DNA of 64,000 bases from Octopus bimaculoides (lineage: Eukaryota). How positions within the stretch are numbered: the stretch's first letter is position 1; every line of letters begins with the position of its first letter. Below the pieces are notes generated by a model, which made no database searches, was not told the origin of the DNA, and saw only the letters and a list, made by a program, of their open reading frames with translations. Positions 1 to 12,284 of this stretch are shown piece after piece. Where the stretch lies: NCBI RefSeq assembly GCF_001194135.2, contig NC_068982.1, forward strand, positions 161,976,383-162,040,382. The letters run 5' to 3'. Both the position numbers and the translations under genes were made by a program.

Positions 1-2734
1 AGAGAACTGTATAGATGTTTTTTTTTCCCTTTTCTACATTCATTCCTTTATAAGCAAGTTGAGATATTGATTAATTGGCTGGTTGGTTGATTGGTTAGTT
101 GGTTGTGTGGTTAATTGGTGCATTGATTAGTTGATTTAAAACAAAAACATTTCACCAGACACCGTTGTTATTTCTAACTGGACCATGCAGTAGTTCAACT
201 TTCATACACAACCAGTTCTTCAAAAAAAGTTACGATACGCTCAGATTGTATTCAACTGTATTCTCATTTCATAACCAGTGTCATGCAAATGAAAGCAATC
301 TCCAGTTATTGATCATCAGTGTCTTTGATCTAACACATACGCACACTTGTCCAAGTTATAGACTTTATCAGTTCAAATCAATGGTGGGGAGCTTCTATGT
401 GGTTGCTTAACCTGCCAGAAAATGTACCAGGTCTCTATCAATACCACATCTTTCTTTTCCTTCCTTCCTCCTTCCTTTCTTTTTTCTTTCTTTCTTAGAG
501 AACACATTGGATGCACAATTTCTAGAATAGAGGAAACAGTGAGGTTGGTCATGGCTTGAATGCCTTTAACTAGGTAAAATGTGGTTGGTTTGGATAATAT
601 TTTATTAAAGTCTAAATGACAGAAGAGTTGTAATTGAGATGAAAACAGTCTGGACTTTTATTTTCCTCTCCAGGATATCTGCTTACAATTTGATTGTTAT
701 CAAGTTCTTATTCTCCACCAATTTGCTACACATGTACATGCATAAATGGTTTAGTTGAATAGAACAAAGCATAATGTAGTTACCAATACTATAAACACTC
801 ACTCTAAATTGTGTGTGTGTGCACGCGCACGCACAGACACTCACACTTAGTTACATACACACATACACACTCAATCTAGAGAAATGAATTTAATATTAAA
901 AAATATTTGTAATCTTATTGATGTTTTCTTGCATCAGCACAAAGCTACAGATTTATTGGCGATGAGAATAGTTGTCTATTATTCAAAATACTACAAGGCT
1001 CAACAGTCTGTTGTTGTTGACTGTCCTAACTGTACACTTCATGGATATTTTTTAAGGTAAAGGACATACATTGTAAAGGAGGGATTATTGTTGATTTAAG
1101 TGATACAAGCATATTATTGGTTATTCTTTTGTAATGAAAAGTAATTCATTCTGGTAAGATTTGAACTCAAAACATTGAAGGTGAACTCTGTATCCTATTT
1201 AGTGTTTCTGTTATATTGGTAGTGATGAAGATTGTTTCCCAGCCTTAAGACATGTTTTGGAATGGAAGATGTTCCATTCTAGTGAAATAACTGATGCTGA
1301 TTCAATAGTCTGTAATTATTTCACTGCTGAAGATGGAAAGAAGAGTTACTAAATTATGCTCCAAAATGTATTTAATATAAATCTCTGCTATAATCATTTA
1401 TTGTACAGTTATATAAATAATAATGATTTCTTCCATTAGTACAAGGCCCGTACATCGGCAGAAGTGGCATTATAGTTAATTCAATGAAACATTTTCCCCC
1501 AATATTTGATTAGTACTTTTATTGAACACTGAAGGATGACAGAAAAATCAATCATGACAGAGTTTGAACTCAGAATGTATAGGAACATAACTAAATACTG
1601 CAAAGAATTTTGTGTGGCACTCCACTTATCCTGCTAACTACTGTTATAATAAGAAGAGTAATTGTTAATAAAGTGGTAGGGCATACCTACTAAAAGCTAA
1701 GACTATCCCCCTAATCTACGATGTATCTATGAAGGAGCTTGACTAATTAACTGTGTATGAAGACTTGGAAACAGAGATTTCAGAATCTTTACAGTGCTTG
1801 TTGGTGTCATCTGGTGCAGTTAGAAGTTTATTAAAAATATTGTGAGAAACAGATTGTTCTTATCACTATTGCTCACATCCTTTCTGGAATATTGTTTACT
1901 TGATAACCCACTGAAACGACACAATGTAGATTACACTATATATTACTTTGTTGATATATAAATGTGTGTGTGTGGATGATAGGCACATGCATGGCTGTGT
2001 GGTTGAGTTCACCTCATAACCACATAATTTTGGGTTCTGCCTTACTGCATGCTGCTTCAACTAGGTATTTTCTACTATAGCTCCAGGTCAACTAGTACCT
2101 CGTGAGTGAATTTCATAGACAGAAACTGTAAGAAACCTCATGCGTCTTAGTGTGTGGGAATGGGGATGACAGGTACAGATGTGCTCATGCATAAGAATGT
2201 CCATGTTTCATGCTTGTTATCACTTCAGTGAAGTGATATTGATGTTGATATTCTTTGTTGACATTATGACCAATCTCTCTACTCTTTTGAAGACCTGTGT
2301 AATATGCAAGAAAATATTGTACTTGAAAAAAAGGTATGGGTTGGTGACAGGAAGAGCATCTGGTCATAAAAATAATGCCTCAAATGACTCTTGCCTAAAG
2401 TCTTGCCCATGTGGATAAATGAGTGTTAAACAAATGAACACACACACACACACACACACAGTGATATGTAATGAGTTATTGTTCGTACTAATGGAAAAAT
2501 TTATTGGATAAACAATCTTTTGTTTTCTTGTTACCCCTCTATTTCAAACAGTGTATACTGTTTGTCATAAGAACTTGAACTCACAAACCTTTATTTCATT
2601 CACAATTCTAGTGTTCTTATCCACTGTGTGTTAACTATATTGAATTGAACCCAGCACAAGAATTATTGGTCAGAGTTCTTAGTAGTATCCATCCATCCAT
2701 CCATCTTCTCTGCACACTATTCTTAATAGATATT

Positions 2735-3130
2735 GGGATTGAGTCCTCAAACACCTCCACCATAGGGTTCTATCAGAAGCAACTGTCATTAGATTTTCCA
2801 GCTGAATTCCCAAATGTGACTGAGACTATGACATATTATCCAATCATTTTGTTCTTGGTCTACCCTTAGGTTTCTTGCTGGTTGGTTTGGACTGAAGAAT
2901 CCATCTTATGAGTCTTTCTTGTGACATTCTGATCACATGTCCCTTCTACTGGAGCTGTGACCTTTCAGTGTGAAGAAGTGGTGATTCAAACTGGGGAGAC
3001 CCCCACTCTTCAAGCTAAGCATCCTGTTGAGTAATATTACTCCAGAGATTTTTCAGAGAAACCCTATTCTTGATTGCACTCTTTCAGCAATTAACCAACA
3101 TTTACAACCATCCTTTATATTTCCTTCTTT
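2735..3130 (-). mobile_element. Decayed RTE-clade LINE 3' fragment
   Basis: Minus strand reads GHVIRMSQERLIRWILQSKPTSKKPKGRPRTK, the RTE ORF C-terminal motif, with stops; boundaries approximate. Confidence 0.6.
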
Positions 3131-5774
3131 CTATAGCGATTCTAATGTGTGTTATTCTCAATATATTATTTCATTTTGGAATATAATTTCTATTCTCACA
3201 TCGTGCACGTTCTATCATTCCTGACATTATTGTTTCATATTTGAGTTGAGACTTTTGTTTTGCTAGTCAGACTGGCCAACAATTGTGTTCATTCACAAGG
3301 ATAATGTCACAATAAAACTAGAATCCTTTGTGATTCTTAGAAGATATTATTCTAAAGGCCTACCTGAGATGATATAACATATGTGATCAACATAACACCA
3401 CAGTGGTGTTCAGATTTATCACTGCATTCTGCAGAATCTACTGTTATACTGTTTTATTGTAGAAGTCAAGTTGAGAAGATAAAATATAATTTATAGTCAG
3501 TGTAATATCACAGCTGTGTTAAAAAATGTGGAATCACTGTTTCACTGCATTTTTATTTGAGAAGATACAACATATTATTGGTCAATATAACATAGAAACA
3601 ATGTTTCAAAGTAAATTCCATATTATTGCACTCTCACCCAATTATGATAGTCCTTATAACAGGAAAACAGGAAAATAACTAAATATTAGAATCACAGACA
3701 ACTCAAAAGTTTCTTAAAGACTCTAAATTGGAATTGTTATAAACTTACAGCTGGATCACATGTCTAGTACTAATTTATGATTAAATATCAAACAATTAAC
3801 TGATTCATTTCTGTTTAATAATGGCAGTGGAGTAGTACATCTTGACAATAAAAAAGATACTGCATAGTGTTGCTGTAGATGGGAAACACCATAAACTTCC
3901 TCTGAGGAACCAAATTGTTAGCACTTTTTGACTAATGTCTTGTCTACAGTAAGTATGATCCCCCCCACCCCCACCCAATGTGATAAAAAAATATTGATCA
4001 TGATACAGCTACTTGACTGTAAAAAAAAAATTAAGTCGGAGAGGTTCTGGTGCAAGATTTCATTGCATAAATGTGAAATAGTACACTTGGTCTCTATATG
4101 TCAGTTTTGCTGTGTGTCATTAATTTAGGGAGGGAGTCAAGTACATGATTAGTCTTTATTTAAATGGCATCTGCAGAAATGCAAGACAAATTTGACAACT
4201 GAAAGGTTTGAAAAAAAAAACGTCGAAGTGTGAAACTAAATGCTCAGGCTCTGTGATTTCTGTAATGCACTTCAGTAGACTCTGTAGAGGGATTTGTGAT
4301 AGACAGGGTATACAACCATAGAACCCACATGTTAAAATGGATCATACAAATGGGACATGGACTCCAAGCTGCAGTGCAGTCTACTTGTCCGGGGAGTAGT
4401 AACTCCATGTTAGAACTGATATAGAATAAAGGGGCTCTTCAATATTTTTTATGGTGGCATTATAAAACACAACCAGCCCACACTGTAAGGCCTACACATC
4501 ACCAAAGTTGGCTAATTTTCACTATTGTTGATATATGCAAGATAATGCAAACTGTGACAGCCCATCAAACTCATGACATCATGGATAAAAAGATATAAAA
4601 TGATAATGATGATAGTGATTTCTAACAGCAGATGGACACAAATTTGGAGAAGGATTTCATTGATATCATTTAGTTTATGTATTGGTCATTTGCGGAAATT
4701 TAATGTCCATGGTGTTTATGAGTGGTCCCTAAGACTGGTGGTGGTGGAATGTAAACTACAATTCCTTGAGTTACTACATCAAGATTTGGTGTGAATATGT
4801 GCAGTAGGGTGGAATCTGCTAAAGGTACTGGATTAAACCCAGAACCGTGTGATTGCAAAGGAAACTTGTTAACACTTGGTCATGCCAACACCCATATGTT
4901 ATTGTCTTCAGAAGGAAGATAAAATCAATCTTGGTAAGATTTGAATCAGAATATAAAAAGTTATTACTAAATATTACAAGTCATTTTGTCTAATACCCTA
5001 CAAAGACAATAATGATCCTGATAATAAAAATATTTAGCATTATCTTGAATATTTCTAGTTAATCTATAACTAAAATACAATAGTAGTAGTAGCAGTAGTA
5101 GTAGTAGGTGCCCCAAGTATTTACATGAATTGTCATCATTCAGATAGGTCAGTATAGTAGGCTGTACTGTATTACTTCTCAAACACCCAATTCAAGATGA
5201 CCCTGCAGCAGTCAACCCTGCTTTTCATTCTTTCGTGGATCATTAAGATATTGAAGAAATATGAAAGACTGGCTTGTGAAATTCATTTGTAGTCTTTCTC
5301 TCTTCTTGCACCAAGTAACCAAACCAGTATAAACTGTAGGGGTAGGGTAGAAATGATTTGATATAATATTTCAGTTTTCAGATAATGGTTACTACAAGGA
5401 ATGATTGTCCCCATATTGTTGGTTTTACCTATTTATTCTTTATTTTTTCTACCAATTTCAATTTGGGCTAATTACACATTAATTATGAATCTGTGGTTGG
5501 TACAGCTGGTGTGGAAGTGTGTGTACCTGTTGCTGTGCATTGCTTGGCTGTGTGTGTGTGTAGGCTTGGTAGTACATATGTCAGTGTGTATATATCTGTC
5601 AGTGTCTCTATGTAAGTAGGGACCTGTCATTGGTTGGGTGTATCTGTTGGAATGTTTATAACTGTTCTTACCATACCACTATAGGTAGTTGCCTTTTAAG
5701 TTATTTAATTATATTCCACTGACCAGTTTCAATTTGACATAGATTGCTCATATCTCTGTATCATGTATTTTATA

Positions 5775-5871
<97 letters not shown>

Positions 5872-5884
5872 TCTTTCTCTCTCT
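5775..5884. repeat. (CT)n microsatellite, about 110 bp
   Basis: Direct reading. Confidence 0.97.
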
Positions 5885-6009
5885 ATCCCTCCCCCTCTTA
5901 TGAAATGTAAGGGCTAATCACCTGTTGATGAATACCTGTACATAAAAAATACATATTCATTCTTGGTTTACTTATAAATATCAGTTGTCTTCCTTCTCAA
6001 CATTCTCAT

Positions 6010-6620
6010 CATCTAGTATTTCTTTGAACCTACCTCTGACTGAGGGAGCATTCGGCTTCCATGCTTTCTTTAGCCAGAGTCTTGGGTTTCTTGCTCCATC
6101 TAGCCCTTAATCTGATATTACTACATTATGTCTAGTGGCACAGTCTTTGCTAGGGAAAGACTTAGCATTCACAACCATCTATCGATCCTTATTTCTTTGC
6201 GATTATGAAGTCTGTTGAGATTGCTTATTCACTTCAGTGGTAGATAAGCATGTACATTGAAGTAACTATCCTGTTGTTGTCTAACATGTCAATCAGAATT
6301 ACTATTTGTGATAATGAGATTACAGTTATCTGTGATTTAGAGAGTCTTCAAAAAGGGCTTCACAAAAACGATCCTTCTATTTCTATCAGTCTTGTTTGAG
6401 TGCTTATGCAGAAATCACTTTTACTGTTGTGTTGTCTCTATGACCAATTTAATCTTAATTATGACAGGCATCATATAGCCCTACTACTTTAATTACTTTA
6501 TCTATCCATTTCTCTGAAAACAACATAGCTCTTCACCAACCTTAGCACTGCTACCCATCCAGAAGAATTTGTACATGCTCTTTGCCTATGAGGAGTCAGA
6601 CTGAGGTTCCCACTTTGACA
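6010..6620 (-). mobile_element. Decayed RTE LINE APE-endonuclease fragment
   Basis: Minus strand resembles YKFFWMG...EKWIDKVI...VKVISAY...DFNVH with frameshifts; boundaries approximate. Confidence 0.55.
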
Positions 6621-8327
6621 CATGTTGTGGCCTCTACTCCAACATCTTTACAATCTTGTGCAAACTTTCATCATTTCTACATTCATAACAGTTCTGAAGT
6701 GTTGCATTTTGAGAGAGTAGAGTTTTTCTGTTAGTTTTGGAGCTGTTTAATATCTATATTGTGCATATGAAAGGAAGAGTATAGGTGTGATTATTTGATG
6801 ATGGTTGAGGGTTCCTCACACACAGTTAAATGCTACTATTTAGCCACTCCACTGTTGTGCATACAACTAATATAATAAGTGTGCACATGCACAAACTTGT
6901 TTCTGTTTACTAAATTCACTCACAAAGCCCTAGGTGTTACACATTGGAACTGAACTCAGAACCATGTGGTTGGGAAGTGAACTTCTTAACCACACAGTCA
7001 TAACTGTGCCTCTTTGAGTGTGTAAAACATAGAATAATTTTCATCTCTTTGGTTATTGTTTAAACATTTTATAGAAAAAAAAGTTTTTAAAAATATTTTA
7101 TTGTATATATATATAGTCCATCAATTATTCATTAACTCTGGATAAGTTACTAGTCAATCACAGATAAGTTTTACAAAACAGCCTGATACTTAAACAATTG
7201 GTTAAAAATGCATCAAGTAGTATTTCCCTAGCCACTGACAACACATAACATTTAGGATATGAGCTAATGAGTTCTAAATTTCAACATGAAATCTCATAAA
7301 TTATGAACTGTCATCATTAATATATGGAATTTCAAAGTAGAATGTTTAAAACAGGTACCTTCTTCTTGTTATAAATTGTCTTGCCTTAGTAAATGAAATT
7401 GATTACCACTGTTAGAGATGTTGAGGTACAAGTGTTTTAACATTCCTTACATACTTCTTAAAGCTGTTTTATGCTAAAACTACCCAACATGTTGATAGTA
7501 GTTTGTAACCATCTTACATCCTCCTGCTCACAGAAGTCAGTGTGTGTATGTGTGGCAGCATTGAAGCAACTGTAATTGGTAAATCAGTCAGTAAAAATGC
7601 AGGTAGTAGCTAAGGTCAGTAGCAATATGTGTTGACATGTATTCCACCAATCAACTTGAGTAATTGAGTTGGTGGCTCTCTCAGGAGAATTATATACATT
7701 TTTTTTATTTTATAAAATCTTATCAACAGAGGATGAATTGTTTTTGTATTTTAAATAAGCAATTTGAAGATAAGCAAAATCTTTCATCATCTCCTGTAAA
7801 CCTACTGTACTTACTCTTGGATATCAATTTCTAATTAGAAGTTATCTCTAATTAAGTCTGTAATGATTAGTTGTTGTATGTGTGGTCTTGGTGGGGGATA
7901 AAAAATTGGTTATATTTGTGGATTAGCTGTATTATTCAGAAATAGTACAATAAAACAACTGACTTGCTGGGAAGTACTTACAGAATTTAAAATTATGGGA
8001 AGCAGTAAGAAGTATTTAGTTTGTAGTAAATACTTTTACACTGATGATAATACAACGTTTATATGACACTTAGGGGTGTGGCTTAAAATGTTCTGCTCTA
8101 ATTTTGTTTTAAAATAAAATGTAACATATGACAATTGGAATAACAATAATAGAAATGTTTCAAATGAAGTGGTTGTGTGAAAAGCATCAAGTTATTAATA
8201 AAAAACAAAAGAAATTATGCTACACCCAGTTTATATTTGAGCAGTTGATACTAAGAAAAGTATTTACTTCACTAACTAGCAAATGTCAACATTTTCAGAA
8301 ACACTTAATTCAGGCTAGCATGTAAAC

Positions 8328-8471
8328 CAAGCATGGGCAACCTTCTTTGAGAAGTGAGTTGCTTGAAACCTCACTCCTCATTAAGTGTGATACACTATGA
8401 AAAGAATTCAAAGTAATTTTTATTGGCATGCCATCCAAAAAGTTATGCGGGCTGCAGTGTGCCCATAACTG
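8328..8471. mobile_element. Degenerate hAT-type MITE
   Basis: Ends caagcatgggcaacc ... gtgcccataactg resemble hAT TIRs; 8-bp TSD poorly preserved. Confidence 0.4.
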
Positions 8472-9230
8472 ATATTAAACTATGAACATAGACTGTTCCC
8501 ACCTCATTAGAATTTTTACACCATATTTCCCTGAATTTACACCAATTTTCTTCAATGAATTTTATATGAAAGGTAGACCCATGAAAGTTTGCAATATCAG
8601 GTTAATTTTGTAATGAACAGATCAAATAAACTTACAAAAGTATCCACTGCAAGATCAATGAAATGATTCTTGTATCTGAACTTTGTTAGTGACTGTCAAT
8701 CTGTTGACTTCTGTGCCATCTGTGAAATTGGAACACTTATAGTGTGTGTGTGTGTGTGTGGATAGCTGGTTACTGGTTAAGAAGTGTGCTTCATAATCAC
8801 AAAATCCCAGGTTCAATCCCACTGTATCGTAGCTTGAGCAACTATCAGTTGTCAAAAGTTTCAGGGTGACCCAACTTACGAATGAAATTAACTGGACAGA
8901 AACACTGTAGAAAACTGTCAGAGGGTTTGTTTCTGCACTTCAAATGTTTTGTCATGTCACACTATGTCGTGCTCTATCTGGCTGACTAAAGGCACTAATA
9001 TGAATAGGCAGTTTCATCTGTTGATTAAACAACTGAATACAAGTCATTGAAACCAACAAATTTCCATTTACTGTGTGTGTGTGTGTGTGTCAAAAGATTT
9101 ACATGGGTAATGCTAGGTGCTTTAGTAATTTCAGAGGTGTTTTTTTAAAATTTTTTTATGTCCAATACATATGTGTAACAAATATATAGATTTGTTTACT
9201 CTCTCTTTTTAAACCCATGTGTATGTATAT

Positions 9231-10179
9231 ATCATCATCGTTGTCGTCATTTAATATCCGCTTTCCATGCTGGCATGGGTTGGACGGTTTGACTGAGGAC
9301 TGGCAAGCCAGGAGGCTGCACCAGGCTCCAATCTGATCTGGCAAGATTTCTACAGCTGAATGCTCTTCCTAATGCCAACCACTCCAAGAGTGTTGTGAGT
9401 GCTTATCACGTGTCACCGGCACGGGGGCCAGTCAGGTGGCATTTGCATTTACCATGCACAAATGGTGCCTTTTAAGTGCCACCAGCATGGGAGCCAGTGA
9501 GGTGGCACTGGCATCAGCCACGACAATGGTTTCACTTGACTCAACAGGTCTTCTCAAGCACAGCATATTGTCCGACAAGTGAAGGGTACTCTTAAATGGG
9601 CCGGTTATGCAACACTGGCATAGGCCACAGCAACAATCTCACTTGGCTTGCTGGGTCTTCTCAACCACAGCATATCTCGAAAGGTCTCGGTTGCTTGTCA
9701 TTGCCTCTGTGAGGCCCAACATTCGAAGGTTGTGCTTCACCACCTCATCCCAGATCTTCCTGGGTCTACCTCTTCCACAGGTTCCCTCCACTGTTAGCGT
9801 GTAACACTTCTTAACACAGCTGTCTTCATCCATACATAACACATGACCCTACCTGCGCAGTCATCTCTTGCACACCGCATTTGTTGCTTCTTATGTTCAA
9901 CTTTTCTCTCAGGGAGCTCACACTCTGTCATGTATGCACACTAACATTACACATCCAGTGGAATATACTAGCTTTATTTCTTTCAAGCCTACACCTTTCC
10001 TCAGCAGTCACGATCCATATTTCACTGCCATGTAGCATGGCTGTTTGTACACACGTGTCATACAGTCTACCTTTCACTCTAAGTGAGAGGCCGTTTGTTA
10101 CCAGCAGAGGTAGGAGCTCTCTGAACTTTGCCCAGGCCATTCAGAGAGCTCCTACCTCTACTGGTAACAAAGGGCCTCT
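9231..10179 (-). mobile_element. 5'-truncated RTE-BovB-like LINE with 3' UTR, (TGA)n tail and fold-back 5' end
   Basis: Minus ORF fragments AWAKFRELLPLLVTNGLSLRVKGRLY and EGTCGRGRPRKIWDEVV, then about 400 nt of UTR ending in atcatcatc at 9231. Confidence 0.9.
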
Positions 10180-10187
10180 TGCTCATA

Positions 10188-11334
10188 TAAATAATCAGAA
10201 GATGGATTTGGTATTAATCTTTATTTTGTACAATGCTCATTTCAACCCATCCTGCTGCTGTCCCTTATGAGTAGGACTTTGTTCAACATGTGGTGTTGCA
10301 TCCATTTTGCAGTCGGGGTCTCATCAGGTACATTCCTACGTAAAGTCGAGTCTTGCTAAAGATTGTGAGTTTTGGCTGTCATGTTATATGCTCCTCTGGT
10401 TAGGGAATGAAACATTGCTACAATTTTCAATTACTATTATCTTTCTATTATAAGAATTGCAAAGACAAATAACTGTTGATTAAAAAAAAAAATTTAGTGA
10501 AAGTGAATGAACGGACAAGGATGGAATGAGTTACATTGGGTTTAGACAAAGGGATGATACTATAAAAAGGAAGGGGAAGCTATATGTGCAGGCTACAATG
10601 CCCATTGGGTGAACAGTTGTTTAGCTAGCTGGGTTAGGTTGGGATGCACATACACACATTCGCACATACATCTGCTTGTACATACATCCACGCAAGGGAC
10701 ATTGGCCCACCCACCCATATGGTCAATTTTGGCCACGACTGCAGTTTGTATAATTTATGGTTGGAAGATAACCTCACCAGAAGTCTGTCATCACAGTCAC
10801 CTGAAGACTAGGGCTGCTTGCAGGCAGTCTGACTCGTTCCACATTTATATCACCAAGGGTGAATCACACAACCATATGTCTATATGTACATACACACATG
10901 CATGCATGCATACACTTATACATATACACATCCATATGTATATATCTACACAAACATATACACGTTCGCACCTACATACATCATCATCATCATCATCATC
11001 GTTTAACGTCTGCTTTCCATGCTAGCATGGGTTAGACGATTTGACTGAGGACTGGTGAAACCGGATGGCAACACCAGGCTCCAGTCTGATTTGGCAGAGT
11101 TTCTACAGCTGGATGCCCTTCCTAACGCCAACCACACACATACACGTGTACACACAGACACTCAGGTTTATGCATATACACACACACACGTGCATGTGCG
11201 TGCACACACACACACACACATGCACGTGCGTGCACACATACACAGTCCCACTCGTAAGGGACAGTAACAGCATAGGTTGAAATGGCCATTATATAAAACA
11301 AAGATTAATACTAAATCCATCTTCTGATTACTTA
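10188..11334. mobile_element. Unclassified segment bounded by 87-bp imperfect inverted repeats
   Basis: 10192-10278 matches the reverse complement of 11244-11330 at 75/87. Confidence 0.5.
10979..11135 (-). mobile_element. RTE 3'-tail/SINE-like copy with (TGA)n tail
   Basis: Same sequence family as 9231-9400 and 40810-40958. Confidence 0.85.
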
Positions 11335-11382
11335 AGAAATTATTATTATTATCATCATTATTATTATTATTATCATTATCAT

Positions 11383-11453
<71 letters not shown>

Positions 11454-11756
11454 NNNNNNNNNNNNNNNNNNNNNNNNNNNNNNNNNNNNNNNNNNNNNNN
11501 NNNNNNNNNNNNNNNNNNNNNNNNNNNNNNNNNNNNNNNNNNNNNNNNNNNNNNNNNNNNNNNNNNNNNNNNNNNNNNNNNNNNNNNNNNNNNNNNNNNN
11601 NNNNNNNNNNNNNNNNNNNNNNNNNNNNNNNNNNNNNNNNNNNNNNNNNNNNNNNNNNNNNNNNNNNNNNNNNNNNNNNNNNNNNNNNNNNNNNNNNNNN
11701 NNNNNNNNNNNNNNNNNNNNNNNNNNNNNNNNNNNNNNNNNNNNNNNNNNNNNNNN
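11454..11756. other. Assembly gap (N run) between (AT)n(AG)n compound microsatellites
   Basis: 303 N; further 10-N gaps at about 33166, 45983 and 50675. Confidence 0.98.
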
Positions 11757-11827
<71 letters not shown>

Positions 11828-12253
11828 ACACATTGTAAATGAAAGCTATCCTAAATTCTAGCTGTCACACATACCTACTTGGCAAACATTTTACATAAGA
11901 CATGTAGAGTTTAGTATGAGAGATTACATGAAATGTCTTTTAATGAGTCATCTAACTATTACTGTTAAGAGCCTATAGATTAAAATATATTACTTCAGAG
12001 ATCACTGCTGGAAATTATTTGACATGCTCTTCAGTTTTCTAGTCCTTGGTGTAATGTTGGTTATGTAACGAAGTAAACAGTTTTTCAACTTCCTTGTTTT
12101 TCTTTCTCTCTCTTTTTTTTTATCCTTTTCCAGTGGCCTGATCTTGAAACCTCAAACCATTGCTACTTCAGGCTTTATTTTAAACCTCTACTTGGTTTTA
12201 ATGAGGATGGCCTGTCTCTACATAAGTACATGTATGCGTGCACACACATGCAC

Positions 12254-12284
<31 letters not shown>

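Noticed and set aside
499-573. Acceptor plus donor around a repeat-derived segment (possible exon)
   Set aside because: Stops in all three frames, and the segment belongs to a common dispersed repeat
11168-11833. Longest ORFs in the track (149-221 aa)
   Set aside because: Translations of (AT)n, (AG)n and the N gap
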